Assembly (NCBI GenBank): GCA_029717555.1
Contig: JAMDHS010000099.1
Span: forward strand, 1 to 64,000
DNA from: Peribolospora baueri
Lineage: Eukaryota
Direction of reading: 5' to 3'
Length of the DNA: 64,000 bases
The notes beneath the pieces are model-generated. The model saw nothing but the letters and a program-made list of their open reading frames with translations, did no database searches and was not told the origin of the DNA. This document shows positions 27,260 through 37,145 of the stretch, one piece after another (position 1 is the stretch's first letter; each line of letters starts with the position of its first letter). The translations under genes were made by a program, and so were the position numbers.

Positions 27260-27907
27260 TCACGTCCACAACATAAGCTGGGCCAAGCAAACCACGACGA
27301 CCACCGGCAGCGCCCAAGGCATGGGACCACACGGCGCCGCGGCCGCGGCGGCTCTCCCGCCATCGTCTCCGCCCATCACCGGTGCTGCTGCCCTCAAGGC
27401 CATCGTCGTGTCGTCCTTCACGCACGTCCAGCTGCTTGCGCTTTCGCCCGCCGCCGCAACAACGTATCCCTCGGGCACTCTTGCATTCTGCAGCGGCTGC
27501 CCGTTATCGTATCCGTCGTCGAACGCCTTCCCTGTCGCTCCGCCGGCGTTGATGAGAGATCCCACCGGGTAATGTGTGCCCTCTGCTTCTGCTTCTGCTT
27601 CTGCTTTTGCTTCTGCTTCTTCGCCGGCCGTCTCGCCGCTCCAACCGGACGGATGCCGCCCTTCCCCCTCGGTATTGCCACTGCCGAGAAGATGTGGATG
27701 TGGATGTGGACGGGCGTCGGACGGCGGCGCCGTGTCGCGCTGGCGGAAACGGCCCGGACCGACGAGGTGACCGCGACACGAGTCCGGGTAGGTCTTGCAG
27801 TCCAGGCCGAGGAGACCCGTGCTGTAGCCCACACCGATGGGCGCTGGCACGAGCGACGCTCTTGTGGGGTGATGATGGTCCGACGTCGACGTCGGCACTG
27901 CGGGCAT
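27260..27907 (-). CDS. Hypothetical protein with a hydrophobic C-terminal tail (possible GPI or tail anchor)
   Basis: 215-codon intronless ORF ending PWALPVVVVVCLAQLMLWT. A TATAAAA lies about 105 bp upstream on the minus strand. No recognisable domain. Confidence 0.35.
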   Translation of the reverse strand: MPAVPTSTSDHHHPTRASLVPAPIGVGYSTGLLGLDCKTYPDSCRGHLVGPGRFRQRDTAPPSDARPHPHPHLLGSGNTEGEGRHPSGWSGETAGEEAEAKAEAEAEAEGTHYPVGSLINAGGATGKAFDDGYDNGQPLQNARVPEGYVVAAAGESASSWTCVKDDTTMALRAAAPVMGGDDGGRAAAAAAPCGPMPWALPVVVVVCLAQLMLWT

Positions 27908-28922
27908 CTTATCTTGAGTGGAGTGGCGGTTCTTCTGTACATACATACATATACACACACGTACATACAGTCAGATTGGACGGGACGGAGATCGAGCGAC
28001 CATCTCCGTTTTTTATATTAGTCAACCTGTACTGGCGACAAGTTCAGTGAGACAACAGCTGCCACACAGCTTGGCGTGTCCTGAACGAGACACGACCAAG
28101 CGAGTGACACAACCGAAGCACGGCCACGGCCATCGGCCATCGGACGGCGAGACGAGTCGCTCATTCGTTCCTCCCTTTCTTTTGCCGCCGGGCATAACAG
28201 ATAGGCGCACCGTCCCTGGACTCTTCCCATTTCATCACACTCGCATCGCTCCTTTCCCCCCGCCACTGATCCGATCTTGGATTGACGATCGTCGTCACGG
28301 TCTTCTTACGACGTACGGTCTTCTTACGACGTGCACGCTTCCGTCGACACAAGGTCTTGGGTTCGTCGGCACCTCGTCTGCCACACGTTCCACCGATCGC
28401 ACCCTTCCTTTCGGCCTACACCAGCCGCTCCAACACCAGCTGTGGCAAGACTCTCAATGCCTTTTGTCCACAGGACGTAGAGGGAAACAAAGCAAATCAT
28501 GCGTATCACCGGATAGGCTCGTCGAAATAGCATTATTGCCCAAGTTATCTACCCTCTATACCTGCCTGCCCCTTGTCTTGTCTTCTGTTCAACGATCTCT
28601 TCTTTTCAGTCGGTCCGGTCCACGCGAGCATCGATGGCGCTCTTGCGCAGAGGCAGACGCACACAATCTGAAGACGTAGCCCGTGCTCTTGCAAGCCACC
28701 TCCTTCGTTCTGCTTCGTCGGACCGCACCGTTCGCCAGAGGAAAGGAGCGGACGGACGACGTTGGAAAAGAGACAGCGCTCACCGGAGGTGGATCAGAGG
28801 CGCGGACCGGGCGCGACCGGAGGAGCTGCCAACGAGCAAGCGCCAGAGCAATCGCCCCTTCGTCCCTCCGCTCGTCGTGGCCACATCGAGACACTCCACC
28901 GTCCGTCCTGATGGTGGCTGAT

Positions 28923-29083
28923 AGTTAGAGAACAGAGACACTTGAGCTTGAGCGCACCGAAGGAGAAATGTCATGTGACCTGTCACGTGAGGAAATTCTG
29001 TAACTAGACCAACACGAGGTTCATTGTTTGCCCTGCTGGGAGAAACTACGACGAAGTATACATCTTTCCCACATCGTCTAACT
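28923..29083 (+). repeat. 5' LTR (AGTTAGA...GTCTAACT)
   Basis: Shares the blocks gacacttgag, gcaccgaag, catgtgacctgtca, ctgtaactagaccaacac and aaactacgacgaagtatacatctttcccaca with the 3' LTR. Confidence 0.85.
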
Positions 29084-30262
29084 GATTAAAAGTTCTGAAG
29101 CCTACTCCTGGCCTAAGACGACAACAACTACCCACCTCGAGCCGGATCACCGCCAAAAGAAACAGCACATCAGCCTCGTCAATATGAGCAACAAAACAAG
29201 CCAAGGCGGTGACTCCGCAACCAAAGAAATCACAAAGTTGCTCGAACGCATCAAGGAGCTGAAGAAGGAACTTGCTCTGACGCCTGACAATTAGGCTGAG
29301 TGGGCCCGGCTCGAGCGGGAGTACTCAGCTACAGTCTTGAGCTCAAACGAGGTGATTGTGGCCGCTCGGGCCGAATATGAGCGCAAGCTGCAGGCCGAGC
29401 AGCTACGCCAGGCGACCGGGCGGGAAAAGCTCTACTCTAGGCTCAGAGAGTGGGGGTGAACCTGCGAGAGGTCCGAAGTCTGCAGTAGACCAGCTGCAGG
29501 CTGAGATAGAAGCCCTCGGCCTCGACATCCCTGTTACTCGTGATGCCGAGGCGGGTGACTCCTCCGGGAGCCACCCCCAAGCGTAAGATCGGGTGCGTTC
29601 CGCCAGGCAGTCGCCAGACCTGTCGTTTACCACCAAGCATCTCGGACGTTTCGCGCACAAACCGGGACTAGAAACACGAACAGCTCTCCTCCAAATGTTG
29701 GCCTACGTAATAAGACGAAAGAACTCAACTTTAACCTACGGGAAAGGCGGCCCTAAGCGTTTCCGCCTCATTGGACACTGTGACTCAGACTATGGTGGCC
29801 AACCGAACTTGGATCGCAAGAGTACGACCGGGTACTGCTTCTATCGCCTCGGAGACCTCATCAGCTGGCGCAGTCAAATAAAAAAAAAAAAAAGTCGACA
29901 GCTGAAACCGAATACGTCGCTGCTTCCGAAGCCGCTAAGGAGGCAGCCTACCTCAAATCCCTCCTCCATGAAATGGGATGGAATACACGACCTATCATCC
30001 GGTCCGATAATCAAGCCGCAATTCGAGCCGCGGAAGACCTGCAGAATCATCAAAAGTACAAACACGTGGACATCAAAAACCACTATATTCCGGCGGGCGG
30101 TGAGGAAACGGCACATCCGACTCCGCGAGATCCGAACGGGTAACAACACGGCCGACGTCCTCAACAAGGTCCCGACAAAAGGAATGCTCTTCCGAGCACG
30201 CCGCAAATTCAGGGTCCAAGCCCACGGACCTGTTGTCGTCACCAACCATCTGGCCAAATCGA

Positions 30263-30428
30263 AGTTAGACGGTCAAGATGAACATCGTGTTGAGGGGACA
30301 TAGACACTTGAGTGCACCGAAGAATGCCATGTGACCTGTCAAGGAAAATTCCTGTAACTAGACCAACACATGGTTCACTGGTTCCCTAAACTACGACGAA
30401 GTATACATCTTTCCCACACCGTCTAACT
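30263..30428 (+). repeat. 3' LTR (AGTTAGACGG...CCGTCTAACT)
   Basis: Perfect 10-bp terminal inverted repeat; the body aligns to the 5' LTR. Confidence 0.85.
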
Positions 30429-30593
30429 CTGATGACGAACGCGCAACACTTGTCGTCACTTTCGTCCGTCCACTTGCCGCAGTCTTTTCCGTCCACCGCC
30501 CGCTCAAGTGATCGTCCGTTCCCTTCCACCTCGGCTTTCGTTCTTTTCTTGTATCACTCCGTACTATATCTTTCGGTTTCCAATCCGGCGGAC

Positions 30594-32867
30594 ATGGAGT
30601 TCGTCCCATCCGCCCCTCAACATTTGGTTCTCTGTGCCGACTGCGGTGAGAGATGGACGAGCGGAGGTCGGCCGTGGCGAGAAGACTGACAGACAGTCCC
30701 CCGGTTCTCGCGCCCAGGCACGCCGATCCAGCCGAATGGAGCAAACTTGTGTCTGAGCTGCTTGAAGAACTCGTGGGTGTCCCCCTTTCAGCGTTGTCGG
30801 TATCATGCGCTCTCCCAGCTCACGCTCTCGTCTGCCTGACTGACAGGGTGGACATCACCGAAGGCATTCCCAGTGCGTGGCCGCAATCAGGCTCCTGCTG
30901 AGGCGCCGTACACCGCAGCTCATCCGTCCCTTTCTTGCTTGCCACCGCTTCCCGCAGAGCAAGCGACCATTAACTTCTGCCGTAACTGCGAGCGGTACTT
31001 GAACCCGCCGAACTCTTGGGTGCTGGCGGAGCTGGAGAGTAGAGAGCTGCTCGCAATATGTCTGAAGAAACTGAAAGGTGCGACGCGAGCCCGTGTGCTG
31101 TGATGACGAGATGGTTCTCAGGCAGTTCAAAGAACGGCAACTTTGGCTCGTCACCCCACGTTTTCTCCACAGGCCTCAACAAGGTGCGCCTGATCGACGC
31201 CGGGTTCATCTGGACGGAGCCTCACTCTAAGCGGTTGAGGGTCAAGCTGACGGTGCAAAAGGAGGTGAGCGACGCTGGACCGGCGGGGTGGAAGGGAACA
31301 TTGTCTGACTGCTCGCGTTCTCTCTTCTCGGGCAACAGGTCCTCACTGCTACGATCCTCCAGCAAATTTTTGAGATTGAATTCGTTGTCGCATGTGAGTC
31401 GAGCGCGTGTGCTCATATAACACTGCTACCTCCTGGGACTAAATTTGTCACACTTTCACAGACGGTCAATGCCCCGACTGCACCCGTCTGGCTGCGAAAA
31501 ACACTTGGAAGGCGCAGGTGCAAGTGCGACAAAAAGTGCCTCATAAGCGCACCTTCCTCTACCTCGAGCAGCTCATCCTCAAACACAACGCTCACCGAGA
31601 CACGATCAACGTGCAGGAGACGAAGGACGGATTGGACTTTTTTTACGCACAAAGGGCTCATGCGATCAAGATGATCGACTTTTTTAATGCTGTTGTGCCT
31701 GTCAGGTATGTCAACTCCGGACCGGACCGGACCGTAGGGACGTCCAAACGATGACGTGACTGACCATTGACGTCGCCTTCATTTTTGCACCCCCGCCTCC
31801 ACAGGACCAAATCGTCGGAACGCCTGATTTCGGCGGACGTGCACTCATCGACGACGAACCACAAGTTCACCTACTCCGTCGAGATCGTACCCATCTGCAA
31901 GGACGACCTCGTCTGTCTGCCTCTGAAGCTCGCGAGGAGTATGGGCAACATCGGGCAACTCACGCTCTGCCATCGCGTTGGAAACACAATCCACCTGATT
32001 GACCCGATCACACTCCAAACCGCGGATGTGACCTCCCCGATCTACTGGCGCATGCCGTTCGACTCGCTCGCGACCGTTGGCGACTTGGTCGAGTTCACCG
32101 TCGCCGACGTCGTTCCCGAAGGAAGGACGTTGGGCAAGTTTGCGCTCGCAGAGATCGAGGTTATCGGTCCCGACGGGTCGGAGCTGCGCACGCTCTCCCA
32201 CCTCGGAGGCATCCTCCTGCCTGGAGACACGGTGATGGGCTATTACCTGTCCAGCACAAACTTCAATAACGAGAACTGGGACGAGTTCACTTCCCGCTCC
32301 TCCTCCAACGGCTACGTTCCCGACGTGGTGCTGGCGAAGAAGAGCTACCCGAACCGGCGCAAAAAGAGCAGGCCGCGCAACTGGCGGCTCAAGTCCATCG
32401 CCAAGGAAGCCGACGAGTCGGCCGGCTTCGGAGACGCTCCAGCCGATCGCGGTGCGGGTAGGGGCGCTTTGGGGAGAAGGGGAGGGTTGGACGCTCAGCG
32501 CGTCGAGAGGGATTACGAGCTCTTCCTGCGCGACCTCGAGGAGGACGAGGAGATGCGGGCCAACGTCAACCTCTACAAGGCTGCCAAGGTTGCTGATGGA
32601 GTGGATGCGCCGATGGAGGGACAGAAGAGCGGCGTCTCGAGGCCCTCCAAAGCGGCTCGACGGAAAGCGGCTCGTCAAGCTCAGCTTGGTATGGCCAACG
32701 TCCCTCCGTCGGACGAAATGGACGAAGACGAGGACGGGCGCGCAGAGACGGCGACGACCGACGGAGGGAGAGACGACGACGGCTTTCCCGAGATCGACGT
32801 GTCGGAGCTCCTCGACGATATGGAGGGGATGCAGATCGAGGACGATGATGAGGCGGAGGTGTATTAG
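30594..32867 (+). CDS. NMD3: 60S ribosomal export adaptor Nmd3, multi-exon
   Basis: LCADCG|TPIQPN...CLSC, FCRNCERYL, ELESRELLAICLKKL, DAGFIWTEPHSKRLRVKLTVQKE, QVRQKVPHKRTFLYLEQLILKH and RDYELFLRDLEEDEEMR. Confidence 0.96.
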
Positions 32868-33481
32868 GAGCGTCACGTCGCACGCAGCCAGGTGACCCGT
32901 TTGTTATATATATGAATGGTGTCGATAGACGAGAGAATGGCGTTCCGTTTCGTAGGGCATTGCGTCGCCTGTCGTCATCCGCACATCTGACCGTCAACCA
33001 CGTCGCGACAAGCAGACGGATGAGCGTAAACACCGGCCGCCTGGCCTCGCCGCGATGGATGCAAGGAAGGGACGTCAAGAACAACATCGACAACATGGCA
33101 TCGACAACCATAACAACAACCATGCCCAAACCCAGCTCTCCTCAGTGCCAGCGAGACCGTCTCGGGACGGAGCACTTGCCTTCCCTCGTACATAACAAGA
33201 GACGACCTCACTCTTGTTGTTGCTCTCCCCTCTGTTCCCAAGCGTACAGTCCGCCCGTGTTTCCCCTTCCACTCCTCTTCGGCTTCTTTCCTGTTCCACT
33301 TATCCTCTAACTTTTCGCAGTTCTCACCGTTCGTGCTCATCTCCCTCACCACCGCAGTTTGGTGCACGCATACCCCAAGAAAGATGAAGCGTTGAAGGGG
33401 TTGGAAGACCTCGGAAGGCATCGCTGATCGTTGCTATGCCGCTTCGGCCTCCTCCTTACGACCCTCTTCCCTCTTCATGTC

Positions 33482-33966
33482 CCGAAGGTGGGCTCTGGCA
33501 ACTGGGGCAGCGTGTGGTTTTGCAGGCCTTGGGAGTCAGGATGGCGACAGTTAAGGTAAGTGGGTCTCATCCTCAACTTTGGTATGGTGTAGAGTTTCGC
33601 TAGTTTAAGCTCATTCTCTTTGCACACCATGCTCATCTCCCGAAATGTTTTCTTTCCTTTGTCACCCTGCTACTACACAGGTAGCGGTCAAACTCATTCA
33701 CCGCTCCAAGATCTCTGTGGACAGAGTTGAAGACCTTGCGCAGGTTCAAGGCCGAGAGCCACATCCGAACATCATTGACTTTCAAGACTTTATCCATCGT
33801 GCGTCGCCGCTGTCCATGCCTGATTTTCCTTTGTGACTCGCAAGTCTCCGGGATCGCGCAAGGCCTAACGTGAACATTATACCTCCCCTTCCGCGACACA
33901 AAGACGCCAAGCTACGCTCTGATAGTGATGCGCTATCTCCCGTTCCCAATGCCCGTCAAGTTGAGG
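33482..33966 (+). pseudogene. Truncated Ser/Thr protein kinase fragment (N-lobe only, introns retained)
   Basis: Gly-loop VGSGNWGSVWFCR, then a gtaagt..cag intron, VAVKLIHRSK, PHPNIIDFQDFI and TPSYALIVMRYLP. No HRD, DFG or APE motif follows. Confidence 0.65.
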
Positions 33967-34289
33967 AAATGTTGTAATTCTCCTCGGTCGGTCAGCGCGG
34001 AAGTTTGCCGAAAAAGGAAAAAAAAATGTTTCGTCTCCTCGATTTCACGTAGGCGCGGGGCGAATAGACCGAGCGAGGCCGTCCACGTAGACAGCGATGA
34101 TGACGATGAGCGTCAACGTTTCCATCGTTCGGGTAAGAAGTCGTCCCTTGACGACGAATATCGACGCATCGATCGCCGTAGCACCGATGGAACGACCTTC
34201 GTCAGTCAATCAATCTACAAGGACTTGGCTCCAGTCCCTTCCGGCTTGCTCGAGGCCTTAGAATTCGCTTCAGTCAGGACAACTAGGTG

Positions 34290-34515
34290 CTCTCGAACTT
34301 CCCAATCGTAACGGGCTGCGAGGGCGAGCAAACACTCTAATGTTTCCGAACTGTGCGACTGGGGCAAACATTTCAGTATAATCCATGCCGTACGTCGACT
34401 TGCGAAAAACCTTTGGAGACGAGACAAGCCTTGTATCGTGTGAAGCGCCTTCAGCCTTTGGGCGGTTCAGTCAGTCACCAGGTGTCCTGGACATCCTCGC
34501 AAAAGAGTCGATTCC
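34290..34515 (-). mobile_element. Degenerate Ty1/Copia reverse-transcriptase remnant
   Basis: The minus strand reads, with stops and frameshifts, TW*LTEPPKG...RYKACLVSKGFSQ..GMDYTEMFAPVA...LLALAARYDWEV. This matches the Copia RT pattern TW.LV..P.G / RYKARLVAKGF.Q..GIDY.ETFAPV. Confidence 0.8.
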
Positions 34516-35167
34516 TTCTCGCCTCGCTCGGTGCCGCTTAGGTCATGAAGATTGTCCCTGCTGGAAGACGCCCAAACATCGATTTGACGCCGCCTGCCAT
34601 GCGGTTGATGCTTCTGGCGTGTGAGCGGGGCGGTGCTGGTTGAGGTCTTGCTGCATGATGTAGGCAACACATCCGAAAACGCAGAGTTGAGATCTGCTTA
34701 TCCACGAGCCTTCGGGCGGCTGCTGTGCGTCGGAATTAGACGCGGCTGCAAGCCGCCGATCCCGTGTCGGGGATCGACGACAGGATGGAGGAACGCTTCT
34801 GACGGCCGCCAGCCGCTAATAAGAGCCCGTTGGATCGGATCGCCGTGCATCGGCACTTCCGGCCGTCCAGCGGCTCCTCTTCTTCATTCATCGCCGACCT
34901 CGTCGTCGTCGACTCGACTAGAGAGTGACAGAGAAGTGGGGTTGGATGAAGACAGCGCCACGTGCGCGGCTTGCATCGGGGCGCTCTCCCGCCGTCGCCC
35001 TTCCGAGCCGCTAATGTAATGGGACTGGCTTGGCTGTGCTGCGCTCGTCGGTGGTGGCATGACTTGTCTTGGAGAGGTGGCGTCGGACCGTCTGGAGGGG
35101 TTACATAAATGAGGCTCATCTTCCTTCTCTTTCCTCCCTTTTCCCTTCGTCGCCCATCGCAACAGCC

Positions 35168-36045
35168 ATGTTTTCCCTCACCACCGCCCTCCTCGCGCTC
35201 GCGCTCCCCTCTGCTCTCGCCATCGAGTCGCAGGTGCGCCGGGCGCCCGCAAACTGCCAGTCCATGGGCAAAGGCGTCCTGGCTTTTGGCGCCAACAACC
35301 TCGGCATCTACATGCCCATCGACAACTGTAACAGCGCGCCGGAGACCTTCCTCGCTTTCACCGGCCAGCGCGATGCGCAGGGCCATCAGGTCCTGATGTC
35401 CGTGACCAAGGACAAGCAGGAGTACTTTGAGTACTTCCAGTGCAGCTCGACGCCCCCTGGCATTGGCAAGGGTTCCGGTGAGTGTTTCAGCGTTCACACC
35501 GCCGCTCAATTTGTCTGCGTCGGAGACTGACGGCGAACTCCTATTGGTCCCCCACCTCGAACAGTCGTGTACCTGCAGGGATACATCGAGTCCATCAAGG
35601 CTCCCGGTTACTGCATCACCATCAGCCAGACGTACGCGTCCAACGCCACGCTGGTCAGCAAGCCGTGCAACTTTGTCAACAATGGTCAGAACGTCTCCCA
35701 ACACGAGAACTTTGAGTTTGCGAACAACGTGAGTGCCGTCGGGCCGCGTCCCATTTCCAAGAGTTCCTGAGCCCTAGGCCGGCTCGCTCACCCGCACACC
35801 TCGTTAACGCCTCGCCCCTCCATTAGAACTTCTACGAATACTACACGGCCGCCTTCTTGGGCAACCAGCTCGGCCCCACCAATGGGAAGAACACGAGCTA
35901 CAAGCCGTCGATCGCCACCAACAACGGCATGTCCTACCTTCGATTGGACTACGACAACGGCCAGGTGCCCGCGGCACAGAATCAGGCCAACCAGTCGATC
36001 ATCTTTGACACCAAAGGCACTACGCCCGCGCCCTGCACGTCGTAG
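35168..36045 (+). CDS. Small secreted protein (about 230 aa, 6 Cys), 3 exons, unknown function
   Basis: Signal peptide MFSLTTALLALALPSALA and an RR dibasic site. Exons 35168-35477, 35565-35728 and 35827-36045 splice in frame. TATA-like tacataaa at about 35102. Confidence 0.8.
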
Positions 36046-37145
36046 TAGCACTGATGAGGCCCAAGTCGTGCAAGTAATGGACCAGGGCATCCTTGTTCCC
36101 CGCTCACAAGCACACGCTCGTTTAATAATATCTACTCCCTCACCCTTTTTCTTGACACCACAAGGCGGCTGGGCGTCGTTTTAATCCTTGCTTGCTACCG
36201 TCGGACAATTTAGGAACGGTTATCATGAGAACGAACACGTGCCTAGCTCTGTTGTACTTTTACCCAGACCTCCTGTGCACGTCGTTAAACCATCATCCGT
36301 CCCCTCCCTTATCTTAACTTTTCTCCTCCCGCTTCGCTTCGCGCGGTTAAAATTGACCTGGAGAAACCTTTCCTTCCAAGCTGGCGTGGCGTCAAGCTCG
36401 TCGAGTCAAGTCTGGCGGCGCACGTCTCCTCAAAGCTCGTGGCCGGAAAGGCTTCGGACGGAACTTGAAAACTGACGCTATCCATCTTCAGCTTCAGCTG
36501 GCGTGCGCCCCGAGCGTCTCGTCCCACAAAACGAAACCTGTGGGCCGTATCCTCGTTCTCTCCCTCTCTTTCGTTCGATCCTCTGCATAGGTAGCTCGCC
36601 TTTTCGCAAACGCATCGAGAAAGTCGCCGTATCCTCCCCTCCCACGCTCGTCGTGCGAGCAAGGACCGAAGAGAGAACATTCCGGTGGGTGCTCTTCTGT
36701 TCTCGCACGCCCCACCCTGACTTGACACCCGATCTGGGTGGGCGCCAGTCGTATCGGATACCCACTGGCGATTGGGACTTCCCACTCACAGTTCTCCGCT
36801 CGTCGCGCAGAACTGAGGTGAGGCCGGACGCGGACAGGTAGGTATCGCGCACGCCCACCCATCTCCCTCTTTGTTCGGGGGGCATCTGACAATGCATTGT
36901 GAGCGTACCTCATGCCGATGTTTTTAGTGTATCTCAAAGCTTCATTCAGTTGGAATAGAGAGAACCCGAACCCGATCCACAAGCCCGCACCGCGCCGACC
37001 GCACATATTTGGAAACTGCTCTCGCTCTCGCAAGTTATACAAACAAGATTCAACCCAGTATCTCATGCAATCTGCCCGCCGTTCCCCCCCCCCCCCCTCG
37101 CCTACGACTGTCGACATAACACCTGGGCCAAACTCCTGTCCTAGG

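Larger units (their letters stand above)
28923..30428 (+). mobile_element. Internally deleted Ty1/Copia LTR retrotransposon (TRIM-like) with 5-bp TSD CTGAT
   Basis: Diverged direct repeats at 28923-29083 and 30263-30428. CTGAT lies at 28918-28922 and 30429-30433. The gag start at 29184 has an in-frame TAG (LTPDN*AEW). Copia RT-end/RNase H motifs PDLSF, GHCDSDYGG, RKSTTGY, ISWRS, STAETEYVA, SDNQAAI and KHVDIKNHY are frameshifted at a poly-A run near 29880. Confidence 0.9.

Noticed and set aside
30287..30300. TGTTGAGGGG as a canonical TG start or PPT for the 3' LTR
   Set aside because: The 5' LTR and the TSD define AGTTAGA as the terminus, the same terminus occurs at 30263, and no CA end is present on either LTR.
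34215..34427. ORF with SETLECLLALAARYD initially read as a BTB domain
   Set aside because: Adjacent frames show it is part of a frameshifted Copia RT.
36051..36090. CTGATGA as a hammerhead ribozyme core or snoRNA C box
   Set aside because: No stem II plus GAAA, and no matching D box with a terminal stem nearby.
36834..36845. Minus-strand ATACCTACCTG resembling the U1 snRNA 5' end
   Set aside because: No U1-70K loop (GATCA), U1A loop (ATTGCAC) or properly placed Sm site. It is simply the complement of a donor-like CAGGTAGGTAT.
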